DNA of 32,000 nucleotides, from positions 6,413 to 38,412 of the forward strand of contig VGXV01000015.1 of assembly GCA_016873165.1 (NCBI GenBank), read 5' to 3'. Source of the DNA: Planctomycetota bacterium. GTDB lineage: Bacteria > Planctomycetota > Brocadiia > Brocadiales > Brocadiaceae. Shown here piece after piece: positions 1 through 8,882 of this stretch. Below the pieces are notes generated by a model that was not told the origin of the DNA, searched no databases, and was given only the letters and a program-made list of their open reading frames with translations. A program made the translations under genes and the position numbers. Each line of letters begins with the position of its first letter. Position 1 is the stretch's first letter.

Positions 1-510
1 ATAATCCGATATGCCGATTACTACGGCAAATCGTTGTATGTTATTTGCTTCAAAATATTTCTTCGGAGGCAGTATGCCGCGGATAAACTGTCCGCCAGCA
101 TGGGCAATATCCCCGTCAGGCAGGCTTAACGTATTATCTTTTGTATCAAGTATAATCCTCTTTTCTTCCTGTTTCTGCGCGGCTACGGCGCTTCCCTCCA
201 GTATTGTGCTGCTATTTGCTCCTATTTCTACAAGAGACTTCGAAGCGTACTCCTCTTTTCTCCCGCCATCGTAATAGACAATCACGGCATTCGCGCTATC
301 TTCCACCTCCAGCATATCTCCTTTTTGCAGTTCCATTGCCTTTTGGGCTTCCAATTTGCTTCCGTCCCTGAGGAGCCATACCTTTCCTGACGATTTCCGT
401 ATCATACCAACCACGCTTTCCTTCGAATATGATAACGGCAAAAAAACTAGCGAAAAAAGAAACACTAACAGATTAGATAAAATAATTACTTTCAGTATCG
501 GCACTTTCAT
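1..510 (-). CDS. secreted FecR-like domain protein, partial (C-terminus lies beyond window start); last residues look like the first strand of a caspase-like (C14) domain
   Basis: Absent from the ORF track because it runs off the edge. Hand translation of the minus strand from ATG 510..508 gives 170 stop-free codons: MKVPILKVIILSNLLVFLFSLVFLPLSYSKESVVGMIRKSSGKVWLLRDGSKLEAQKAMELQKGDMLEVEDSANAVIVYYDGGRKE...NNIQRFAVVIGISDY. GGAGG (525..521) lies 10 nt upstream of this ATG. The N-terminus is signal-peptide-like. The G-x-V...L-x-KGD-x-L-x-V...A-x-I-x-Y-x-DG pattern resembles FecR domains. xFAVVIGISDY resembles the start of caspase p20-like domains. Confidence 0.6.
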   Translation of the reverse strand, partial: MKVPILKVIILSNLLVFLFSLVFLPLSYSKESVVGMIRKSSGKVWLLRDGSKLEAQKAMELQKGDMLEVEDSANAVIVYYDGGRKEEYASKSLVEIGANSSTILEGSAVAAQKQEEKRIILDTKDNTLSLPDGDIAHAGGQFIRGILPPKKYFEANNIQRFAVVIGISDY

Positions 511-569
511 TGTCTTCATACCTCCAAACAAAAGGTTAAGGTGTTATTTGCGGCAGAGATTACGCAATT

Positions 570-602
570 AACCCTGACAGGGTTCAGAACCCTGTCAGGG
601 TT
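570..602. repeat. perfect 15-bp inverted repeat made of two tandem self-palindromic units
   Basis: AACCCTGACAGGGTT (570-584), CAG, AACCCTGTCAGGGTT (588-602). Each arm is itself AACCCTG-N-CAGGGTT. A T-rich tail (GTTTTCAAGTTTTATT) follows on the plus strand only. It sits between the cyclase stop (614) and the next minus-strand start (510). Confidence 0.9.
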
Positions 603-613
603 GTTTTCAAGTT

Positions 614-2455
614 TTATTCTATCCGATACAACTTAATTGGGTTCTTTTTCCCCCTTAGGAGAACCTCCTTTTCCGGAATTATGTTATAGTTATTTTTTAA
701 TTGGGAAAATGTAGATTCTGTTATCAGAATGTTTGCATTCAATTCCTTTGTAATACCTTCAATACGGGAAGCGGTATTTACCGTATCACCGATGATGGTA
801 TATTCCATTTTCAGCTCCGATCCTATATTTCCCACAATGGCATACCCGGTATGAATGCCGATTCCGATTTTTAAGGGCGGGAGTATATTTTGATCTTTGT
901 TCAGCTTATCAAGACCCGCAATCATTTCTAAGGCAGAACGCACTGCCGACTCAGCGTGATCTTCCCGTATTACCGGCGCCCCGAAAAAAGCAAGAATGCC
1001 GTCTCCAAGATACTTATCCAACGTCCCTTTATTTTTTAAAATAATATCGGCCATTATGGAAAAATATGAATTCAATAAAGAAACAATGTATTGCGGATCT
1101 TTATTCTCGGATAACGGAGTAAAACCCCTGATATCCGCGAACAGTATTGTCGCATGTACGCGGTTTCCTCCAAGATGCAGCGAATCAGGGAATTTTAATA
1201 TTTCATCAACAACCTCTCTGCTCACATATCTCTTGAATATTTTTTTCACCATCCGCTTTTCTTTGTCCTCAATTGTGTAACGATAAGCAAACACCGCAGT
1301 ATAGGCAAGCGGAATGCTCCCTATGGGGCAAACAAGCTGCAAAAAAATGTTATAATAAGCAAAAAGCGCAATGCAGACAAAAACATAAATTCCCAGCAAG
1401 GAAAAGGATGCGATACATCCTGTAACAGGTGATAACCGGAAAGATATAAAACTTGTCAGGATTCCAAGAAATAAAATAATTGCCACCGTTTGCCATTCTT
1501 CCGGCGGCATTATAAAATTTTGCCGGAGTATTGTATTTATCGTATTTGCAATAATTTCCACACCCAACGTCTGCGGGGTTCCTGAATAATATTTTGAACG
1601 GTAATACGGCGTCGGTTTGAAATCCTGACTATATATGTTCCCCGGTCCTATCAGAACAATCTTATCATGGAAATGTTCTCTGAAATAATCTTCCCTTTCA
1701 AGAGAGGCCATTTCCCAAATTTCATAGAATGACAACATAGGAACGGTTCCGCTCGGACCGGCAAAATTAATGCTCATTTCGTTGAACTCGTTTACCGGAA
1801 TTGCATAGTCCCCCACTATGATGTGATTTCCTTTTTTTTCAATGTGGCTGTTGAGCGCCTTTGCAATCACTTTCAGTCCGATATAAGCATACAAATTATT
1901 TTCAACATCACTCATCAGCAGAATCTGCCTGCGCACACATCCGTCACGGTCAATGGTTAGGTTTGAAAAACCAACGTTATCGGGATCTGCCGCATATAAA
2001 TATCGTGGCAGCGGATTGAGCGCCCTCAATCCATTTATTGTAGTATCCCAGCGTAGTAAATTAATCATAATAACATTTTCCGCTTCCATTAACGCATCCG
2101 CCATTATGGCATCATGATCTGTTCCCGCAATTTTATCCTTTAAGGAAATCGTTTGTAAAAAATCTATCCCTATCGCCTTTGCGCCGCCGCCGGCAACCGC
2201 TTTAATAATTTTTGCAAAATAAGGATTCCAGAATACAAAGGGATCTTTAATTTCATTAAGCGCCTTCTCATCAGTGCCGATAATAACAATCCTGTCACTG
2301 ACCGGTATTGAGCCCCTTGCCAGAAACCTGAAATCGTAACTTCTTCTTTCAATGCTCTCAAAAAAATTACTGTACTGTACGGCTGCCATGATAATGCCGC
2401 ACAACAAACCGATAACTATAATGCAGGTATAATATTTAAATGTATGCTTCAACAT
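614..2455 (-). CDS. membrane sensor adenylate cyclase: CHASE2 extracytoplasmic domain + TM bundle + class III cyclase domain
   Basis: 613-aa ORF. N-terminal TM helix (CIIVIGLLCGIIMAAV). CHASE2-like motifs YDFRFLARG...DRIVIIGTDEKAL...AKAIGIDFLQ. Three to four TM helices at aa ~322-395. Class III cyclase motifs ATILFADIRGFTPLSE, LDKYLGDGILAFFGAP, EYTIIGDTVNTASRIE. The Lys (KYLGDG) plus Thr (YTIIGD) substrate-pair pattern is the class IIIb adenylate type. Confidence 0.9.
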   Translation of the reverse strand: MLKHTFKYYTCIIVIGLLCGIIMAAVQYSNFFESIERRSYDFRFLARGSIPVSDRIVIIGTDEKALNEIKDPFVFWNPYFAKIIKAVAGGGAKAIGIDFLQTISLKDKIAGTDHDAIMADALMEAENVIMINLLRWDTTINGLRALNPLPRYLYAADPDNVGFSNLTIDRDGCVRRQILLMSDVENNLYAYIGLKVIAKALNSHIEKKGNHIIVGDYAIPVNEFNEMSINFAGPSGTVPMLSFYEIWEMASLEREDYFREHFHDKIVLIGPGNIYSQDFKPTPYYRSKYYSGTPQTLGVEIIANTINTILRQNFIMPPEEWQTVAIILFLGILTSFISFRLSPVTGCIASFSLLGIYVFVCIALFAYYNIFLQLVCPIGSIPLAYTAVFAYRYTIEDKEKRMVKKIFKRYVSREVVDEILKFPDSLHLGGNRVHATILFADIRGFTPLSENKDPQYIVSLLNSYFSIMADIILKNKGTLDKYLGDGILAFFGAPVIREDHAESAVRSALEMIAGLDKLNKDQNILPPLKIGIGIHTGYAIVGNIGSELKMEYTIIGDTVNTASRIEGITKELNANILITESTFSQLKNNYNIIPEKEVLLRGKKNPIKLYRIE

Positions 2456-2475
2456 GGCAGTGAAAGAATGATGTC

Positions 2476-5400
2476 TTATGTCTTCTTTTTCTTTTTACTT
2501 TTCATCGTGAGGTTTTTTGCCACCTCCTCGTTTATTTTCAACGTGATTTTCTCTTTCGTGTATTTTTTATAACCGTCTTTCTTGGCGATCATCTTATATT
2601 TTCCCGATTCCAGTTCGGTAAACGAATACCTGCCTTCACTGTCAGAGGTGGTTTCTTCCTCAAAAGATTTTTTCTTTATTGTTACCGATACCCCTTCCAA
2701 AGGTTCTCCGGTTTTTTTATCGGTTACCGTGCCTGTAATAGCAGAAGATTTCGGATCGATCTCAAGTCCTATATCCCTTTCCGTTGTGGAAAGGGCGTTT
2801 ACCTTTGCCGTCTCCGTATTCTCTATATACCCTGACATCTGTGCAGAAACGGAATATTCGCCCGAATCCAGCTCCATAACATACGCGCCGCTATCAGTTG
2901 TCGTATACGAGCCGTCAATGCCTTCCACATGAACAGCCGAACCCCCAAGCTCCGCGCTTGTATCGTTGTCAAAGACAATTCCCTTGATGAATCCCGGATA
3001 GCCATTCGACAATTTTGCGGTAAAGCTGTTTATGGATTCCGTTTCAGCAGCGCTTGTGAATCTGCGGGAAGAATATCCCGTGCCATTTTCCCCCATGAGA
3101 GTAGTTCCGCCGTCTACGTCAGAGGCAAGCACCTTCCAGTAATATATCGTTGAATCTCTCAGGTTCGCCTCTTTATCAACAACCGCATAACTGTCATCCA
3201 GTCCCCTTTCACGGTAATAAATCGAATCAAAATTCTCGTCTGTTGAAACAGTAATGGTATATGTTACCGGCTCATCGCTATCGGGGTCAGTACTGTCTTC
3301 CCAGTCAAAGGCAAGGGCAACGGCAGTATCAGTTCCATTGGTAGGGAAAACGGCATTAAACGGAGTGGGAGGCTGATTTTCCGCCTTATTTCTGATTATA
3401 TCGGATTCCATAAAAAGAGAAACATCGTTCGTTCCTTTCTCCCGTGCAAAATAAAATACTTCGTATTCCCCCGGTTCGCTGAAATTATCCAACTCTTTGT
3501 TACTGCTGAAGTTATTCCAGATAAATTCATTCTCAGCCTCATCAACTTCATTGTAGCGAAACCTGTGGAGGTCTATTTCCTGCTGTTCTGTCATATCTTC
3601 CTTGTTTTTTAATGTATGCCCTGGTTCTGCTATTTCCACCCATGCCTCATCTACGATAGATACGTCTTCCAATTCGGCAGTCACCGTAGGTCCTGCATCT
3701 TCCGGTTCAAGGGTAACGATATCCATACTGTCGGTGAACTCAATTGATTCCGTCACTGTTCCTATGCCCATAATGATATCGGCGGACAACTCACCATCTG
3801 CGTTATCCATGGAAGAAAGGATGCCATACGTTCCAACGCCATCCCCATTATCATCAATAAGCGGATGCTGGGCATATTCATCAAAATAATGGCCGTTTCC
3901 CGCGCTTGCGCCATTCAACCCGTTGCCATTTTCATTTTCGGTATACTCGGCTATTTTTTCCGCCGCTTCTTCGTAACTCTTCTTAATCGTTTTTCCGTTA
4001 GAAAGAGAATTCATAAGTTCCACGACAAAAAAGTCGCCGTGCCGCAGTGTCTCATCCGGGGCCAAAGGTCCTTTATATGAAATTTCTTCAGAATCACAGC
4101 TTGTGATAATAATACGATTTGAATCCGCCTTGGACAAACCATTGATAAAACTTCCCGAACGATTGGCGCCTATTACAACAATAATTGGTTCGTCCAGCGC
4201 TTCAGTTCCAAGTGAAGATTCGAGACGATCAATATTGTCTGACAAATCGGACACGGCAATCGACTCTTCGGAGTAAATGGGAAAATTTTCTTTTTTTCCA
4301 TGCCCTACCAAAAATATATACAATGGAGCAGGAGTCTCATTCATTTTTTCGGCAGCCCATGACCGTATCGCATTTTCTATCCCTTCGTGTGAAGGATCGT
4401 CATCCACCCCTGCCTGTTCCCCATTGTAGTTAAAATAGTATATTCCGTCGTCGGTAAATCCTCTTTCAATAAGTTTATTATATATATAGTTTGTTGTGAG
4501 ATTGTGGGAATCTATTCCATCGCCGCCCTTCACTTTCCCTTCAACAATTATGGCATACCCCGCAACTTCTTTAGGGGAGTCCTGCACCTCTATTTCCACA
4601 CTTGCAGTTTGAGTTCCAAGGAAACTTTCGGTTTCGCCGAATCCCGTCATCAGTTCCCATGTGCCAAGAACGGGCAAACTTACGCCGGAAAATTTGTAGA
4701 GAAGCTGATCTCCTGAAAGAAACGGCTGCGTTTCGAACACATCTTCATATTCTTCTTCCGGATTTATTCGTAGTAACTTAAGATTTTCCTTCGTAAACGC
4801 TTCTCTGGTAATTTCATTATCGGGAGTCAATGCAATGACTCCGGAAACATCAACGGTTTGATCAATATGGATTGCTGCGGATAAAGATTCAATCGTTAAG
4901 GCAACAGATGCCTGATTTACCGTAAATGACACCCCATCACTTTTTGCGCTTTTGTAATCAGTGTTTCCTTCCCAGCTTGCCGTAACCGTCCATGCTCCGC
5001 CCGATGGTGGATAATAATCGGAAAGGGAAAAAATGCCCGCATCGTTCGACACAACCGTTTCCGTATCTGTTTCCCCATTAGTTTTTGTAAAGGTGAGAAC
5101 AACATCCACCTGGAGTGAGGGGATAATCCTGCCGGTAACCGATAGAGACTCTCCAAACGTAATTTCAGTTGAAGACAGGTCAATTTCAATGGCAGATTCT
5201 CTTTGATATACGGAAATATAATCCCCGATAGTTTGAGTCACAGAGGAATCAGCGTCAGATACGGTCAAACTTACCGTATAACTGCCGGCAGAGGAATAAA
5301 CATGAATAGGATTTTGTGCGGTATCGGCGGCGTCATCTCCGAAATCCCACAACCATGAAATAACTCCACCGGTTGATGTATCGGTAAATTGCACTACTAA

Positions 5401-6897
5401 CGGCCATGTTCCTGATGTGGGGATAGCAGTGAAGTCTGCCGTTAGCGTATCGGCTACCGATATACAACTGTCAACCGTTTTCGTATTTGAACCATCAGGG
5501 CCTGACACCGTCAGACTTACGGTATATTTTCCTGTTGCATTGTAGGTATGAGTCGGATTTTGTGTTGTATCCGTAGCGCCATCGCCAAAATTCCACAACC
5601 ACGAAAAAATCTCTCCTGTCGATGCGTCGGTAAATTGGACGGTAAGGGGCGCTTCGCCGGAGGTGGGTTTTGCGGTGAAATCAGCTTTGGGGCCATCAGC
5701 AGAAACACCAATAGCGTAAACATTTCCGGTGGCGCCGCCAATATAGAGAATGCCGTTGTCGCCAATACAAGGGGCGCCAATAATTTCTTCTCCCGCTTTA
5801 TATGTCCACTTTAAGGTTCCGTCATTGTTGATTGCATAAATATTTTTATCCGAAGAACCGAAATATATGGTTCCATATTTATCAATTGCAGGCGCAGTGA
5901 TTACATTCCCCGTTTCATATGTCCATTTTAAAGAACCCGCTGTTCTCTCTAATGCATAAAGAGTTCCGTATGCTGAAGGCGCATAAATCGTATTTGCCCC
6001 GGAAAGGGTATCTAATGCCAGCGCAGATTCCCCAAATGCATTCCCGGTAACATATGACCACTTGAGAGAACCATCATATTTATCCAGACAAAATATTACC
6101 CCTTCCTCAGAAGGGAAAATTACCTGTTCATTTTCCTCGTCGATAACGGGCGAGCCCGACACGAAATCGCTTGTATTAAAACTCCAAAGAGTTGCCATCG
6201 TATTGGCATTTATTGCATAAAAATATCCATCCAATGTTCCCGTAAAAAGGATTTTCCCCTCGTTATCAATTGCCAGCGGAGACCATATTTCGTCAGATAG
6301 CTTTTTCTGTTGCAGCAAATTTCCGTTTGTATTAAGGGCATATAAATAATTTGCTTCATCGCCAAAATACAAAATACCGCTTTCAGGGTTAATTACCGGA
6401 GAGGAACTAATAGGCCCGTTTGCCAGGTAACGCCACTTGAGTGTGCCGTTTCTTTCTAACGCGTAGAAATATCTGTCATCAGAACCAAAATAAATAGTTC
6501 CATTTACATCTATTATTGCCGTGGAATAAATATCGCCGCTTTCGTAAATCCAGTTTTTTGTGCCATTCGGGTGAATCGATACAAATTCCCCCTCAATATT
6601 GCCAATATAAATGGCGCCGTCCTCTCCCAGTACCGGGGAAGCGATAAATTCGCCTTCCGTTTGATATTTCCAAAACAGCACATTTTCAATCGGGACATTC
6701 GAGTCCGTGCTTTGTCCGGTATGCTGAGCATCATGCATAAACATCGGCCAGGGGCTATTGGCAAGTTGGGCATGGAGAGGAAATACGTAAAAAAAGATGG
6801 CAACAAAACTAAAAAAACAGACGCAGTAACAAAAACGGAAAGTATGAGATTGTCTTAAAATTAAGAATTTATAATTGCGGTGCAAGAAACGAACCAC
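2476..6897 (-). CDS. giant secreted multidomain protein: 8-bladed PQQ/BamB-like beta-propeller, 2 PKD domains, Ig-like domains, legumain (C13)-like domain, acidic region, FN3-like domain, 2 CarboxypepD_reg-like domains, poly-Lys tail
   Basis: The ORF track gives 2476..7017 (1513 aa). I prefer GTG at 6897..6895 because AGGAGA (6909..6904) lies 6 nt upstream, and it yields a signal peptide ...FRFCYCVCFFSFVAIFFYVFPLHA|Q. Eight repeats of G-x-IYFGS-x-D-x-x-(F/L)YA(L/I)-x-x-x-G-x-LKW-x-Y span ORF-track aa 88-437. Two PKD-type units (ADFTAxPTSG...QFTD.STG...W.W.FGD...NP.H.Y...G.YTVSLTV) lie at aa 445-521 and 527-603. The C13-like region is aa ~819-1025. The C-terminus reads ITGTVTDKKTGEPLEGVSVTI...SDSEGRYSF..L..GKY. 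The stop is 20 bp before the cyclase start. Confidence 0.85.
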   Translation of the reverse strand: MVRFLHRNYKFLILRQSHTFRFCYCVCFFSFVAIFFYVFPLHAQLANSPWPMFMHDAQHTGQSTDSNVPIENVLFWKYQTEGEFIASPVLGEDGAIYIGNIEGEFVSIHPNGTKNWIYESGDIYSTAIIDVNGTIYFGSDDRYFYALERNGTLKWRYLANGPISSSPVINPESGILYFGDEANYLYALNTNGNLLQQKKLSDEIWSPLAIDNEGKILFTGTLDGYFYAINANTMATLWSFNTSDFVSGSPVIDEENEQVIFPSEEGVIFCLDKYDGSLKWSYVTGNAFGESALALDTLSGANTIYAPSAYGTLYALERTAGSLKWTYETGNVITAPAIDKYGTIYFGSSDKNIYAINNDGTLKWTYKAGEEIIGAPCIGDNGILYIGGATGNVYAIGVSADGPKADFTAKPTSGEAPLTVQFTDASTGEIFSWLWNFGDGATDTTQNPTHTYNATGKYTVSLTVSGPDGSNTKTVDSCISVADTLTADFTAIPTSGTWPLVVQFTDTSTGGVISWLWDFGDDAADTAQNPIHVYSSAGSYTVSLTVSDADSSVTQTIGDYISVYQRESAIEIDLSSTEITFGESLSVTGRIIPSLQVDVVLTFTKTNGETDTETVVSNDAGIFSLSDYYPPSGGAWTVTASWEGNTDYKSAKSDGVSFTVNQASVALTIESLSAAIHIDQTVDVSGVIALTPDNEITREAFTKENLKLLRINPEEEYEDVFETQPFLSGDQLLYKFSGVSLPVLGTWELMTGFGETESFLGTQTASVEIEVQDSPKEVAGYAIIVEGKVKGGDGIDSHNLTTNYIYNKLIERGFTDDGIYYFNYNGEQAGVDDDPSHEGIENAIRSWAAEKMNETPAPLYIFLVGHGKKENFPIYSEESIAVSDLSDNIDRLESSLGTEALDEPIIVVIGANRSGSFINGLSKADSNRIIITSCDSEEISYKGPLAPDETLRHGDFFVVELMNSLSNGKTIKKSYEEAAEKIAEYTENENGNGLNGASAGNGHYFDEYAQHPLIDDNGDGVGTYGILSSMDNADGELSADIIMGIGTVTESIEFTDSMDIVTLEPEDAGPTVTAELEDVSIVDEAWVEIAEPGHTLKNKEDMTEQQEIDLHRFRYNEVDEAENEFIWNNFSSNKELDNFSEPGEYEVFYFAREKGTNDVSLFMESDIIRNKAENQPPTPFNAVFPTNGTDTAVALAFDWEDSTDPDSDEPVTYTITVSTDENFDSIYYRERGLDDSYAVVDKEANLRDSTIYYWKVLASDVDGGTTLMGENGTGYSSRRFTSAAETESINSFTAKLSNGYPGFIKGIVFDNDTSAELGGSAVHVEGIDGSYTTTDSGAYVMELDSGEYSVSAQMSGYIENTETAKVNALSTTERDIGLEIDPKSSAITGTVTDKKTGEPLEGVSVTIKKKSFEEETTSDSEGRYSFTELESGKYKMIAKKDGYKKYTKEKITLKINEEVAKNLTMKSKKKKKT

Positions 6898-7380
6898 TAC
6901 GTTTCTCCTTTTTTGATGCATCAAGATAAATAATAATTCTGCTAAAAAAACTTTTTTTAAATAATGTATATTCAATAATTTACGCATTATACAAAAACGC
7001 AAATCAGTTTGCCTCAAAAAAAAATATAGTATTACATTATCTTACTCCTGTTTTTTCATGTGAATAGGATTTATATCACACTTTATGAAAAATCCTCAGG
7101 ATTCATATCTAAGTTTTCAATAATGAAATATTTTAATATTTAGGAATTTCAATCTGTTCTTGTAGCGGCAAGGAGTGCCTTGCCACTACGTTGTTAAAAG
7201 TTGCCGAAGACTTAATTAACATTTTATAAAAAATAAAAGAATATTGGTGTGCGATAAATACGTTATAACTATTTCAATTTACGAATTAAGGTAATTTTGT
7301 CTTTCATTTTTTTAAAAATCCTGATAATCTGTCCTTATAGTCGAATATTGTTATTCCATTAATACCCTCGTATTTTATTA

Positions 7381-8811
7381 ATGAATAGAGAAGCACTAGA
7401 AAAAGCATATCCCGATTATCGAAAATATATAACCAAAATATTTGATTTTGAGCAGTCTCATATTTTTAAATGGTGGGACGAGATAACCCCTTCCGGGAAA
7501 CGGCATCTTTTAGAGCAAATATCTTCAATAGATTTTACACTTTTACAAAAACTCTTTCGCGAACACCTCGATCCCGCCTCCGGCACATTACAAAAAAATA
7601 TACAACCTCCACACATTATCGGCATTCCGGAAAACAATGAAGGAAAAAAACTTGCTGAAACGGCAAAACGCATCGGGGAAGATTCATTGCGGAAGGGAGA
7701 AATTGCCGTGCTTACCGTTGCAGGGGGGCAGGGAACAAGGCTGGGCATTGATGGCCCGAAGGGCATGCTTCCCCTATCGCCCATTAATAAGAAAAGCATC
7801 TTTCAACTGCATGCCGAGAAAATATGCGCCCTTCAAAAAAAATACAATACTCCGGTTCCCTGGCATATCATGACAAGCGAAACAAATGATGACGATACGA
7901 AAGAATTTTTCCGTTCAAATACGTTCTTCGGACTCGACCCGCAACGAGTATGTTTTTTTACGCAGAGAATGATTCCCACAGTGGATCTGAACGGCAAACT
8001 TTTGATGGATACAAAATCAAGTATTGCAATGAGTCCGAACGGTCATGGAGGCACTATCCTTGCCCTCCAGGAAAAAAATATTATCAACGATATGAAAAAA
8101 CAAGGCATTAAACATATTTTCTACCACCAGGTGGATAATGTGCTTATAAAAATGGCAGATCCGGTATTTATTGGTTATCATCTGAGGGACAAAGCGGATA
8201 TGTCATCGAAGGTGGTAAAAAAACGCAATCCTGAAGAAAAAGTAGGAGTTATTGTCTCTCTCGACGGGCATTTGCACGTGGTTGAGTATACGGAACTGAG
8301 CAAGGAAGATAGATATGCAAAAAACAATGATGATTCGCTAAAATACGACGCCGGGAATATTGCTATTCATATATTCAGCATAGCTTTTCTTGAAAAATTA
8401 TTTCAAATGGAAACCTACCTGCCGTATCATATAGCAATAAAGAAGGTTCCTTTCATTGATAAGAAGGGGAATTTGATTACTCCCGAAGAAAATAATGCCA
8501 TTAAATTTGAAACGTTTATTTTTGACATACTAAAGCATGTACAAAAGAGTGTAGTTATGGAAGTTGTTCGGAAAGAAGAGTTTTCCCCGGTGAAAAATGC
8601 CGATGGAGACGATTCTCCGGCAACGGCTCAGCAGGATATGATAAATATGTTCGGACGATGGCTGCAAAAAGCAGGGATTGCCATTCCGATGGATTCCCAT
8701 AACAATGTAGCAGGACACATTGAAATCAACCCCTGTTTCGCCTATGATGAAGAAGAATTAATGAAAAAAGTGGATAAAGGTTTGAAATTTAACGGTTTTT
8801 TGAATCTTTAA
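7381..8811 (+). CDS. UDPGP-family (UAP1-like) UTP:sugar-1-phosphate uridylyltransferase, probably UDP-N-acetylhexosamine pyrophosphorylase
   Basis: 476-aa ORF with the UDPGP signature LTVAGGQGTRLGIDGPKGM, then MSPNGHGG and VDNVL motifs. No obvious SD precedes the ATG. Confidence 0.8.
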   Translation: MNREALEKAYPDYRKYITKIFDFEQSHIFKWWDEITPSGKRHLLEQISSIDFTLLQKLFREHLDPASGTLQKNIQPPHIIGIPENNEGKKLAETAKRIGEDSLRKGEIAVLTVAGGQGTRLGIDGPKGMLPLSPINKKSIFQLHAEKICALQKKYNTPVPWHIMTSETNDDDTKEFFRSNTFFGLDPQRVCFFTQRMIPTVDLNGKLLMDTKSSIAMSPNGHGGTILALQEKNIINDMKKQGIKHIFYHQVDNVLIKMADPVFIGYHLRDKADMSSKVVKKRNPEEKVGVIVSLDGHLHVVEYTELSKEDRYAKNNDDSLKYDAGNIAIHIFSIAFLEKLFQMETYLPYHIAIKKVPFIDKKGNLITPEENNAIKFETFIFDILKHVQKSVVMEVVRKEEFSPVKNADGDDSPATAQQDMINMFGRWLQKAGIAIPMDSHNNVAGHIEINPCFAYDEEELMKKVDKGLKFNGFLNL

Positions 8812-8882
8812 GGCTCTTGTTGGGTTTTGTGCCTCAACCCAACCTACAACCTACAAACTTTTGAATCTTTGAGGCCTGAAGT

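Noticed and set aside
614-2455. Possibility that the class III cyclase belongs to a Pycsar/CBASS-like antiphage module with the caspase-like neighbour
   Set aside because: The cyclase is fused to a CHASE2 ectodomain and TM bundle, which is a signalling architecture, and carries the Lys/Thr adenylate-type specificity residues. No typical effector gene (TIR, TM-pore or nuclease) is seen.
6898-7017. N-terminal 40 codons of the longest ORF for the giant protein
   Set aside because: No RBS is present and the sequence is not protein-like. An internal GTG with an AGGAGA SD gives a normal signal peptide. For similar reasons I trimmed the longest-ORF starts at 23957 (kinase), 25071 (regulator, which overlaps the kinase), 17496 (plsX, which overlaps rpmF) and 14467 (acpP).
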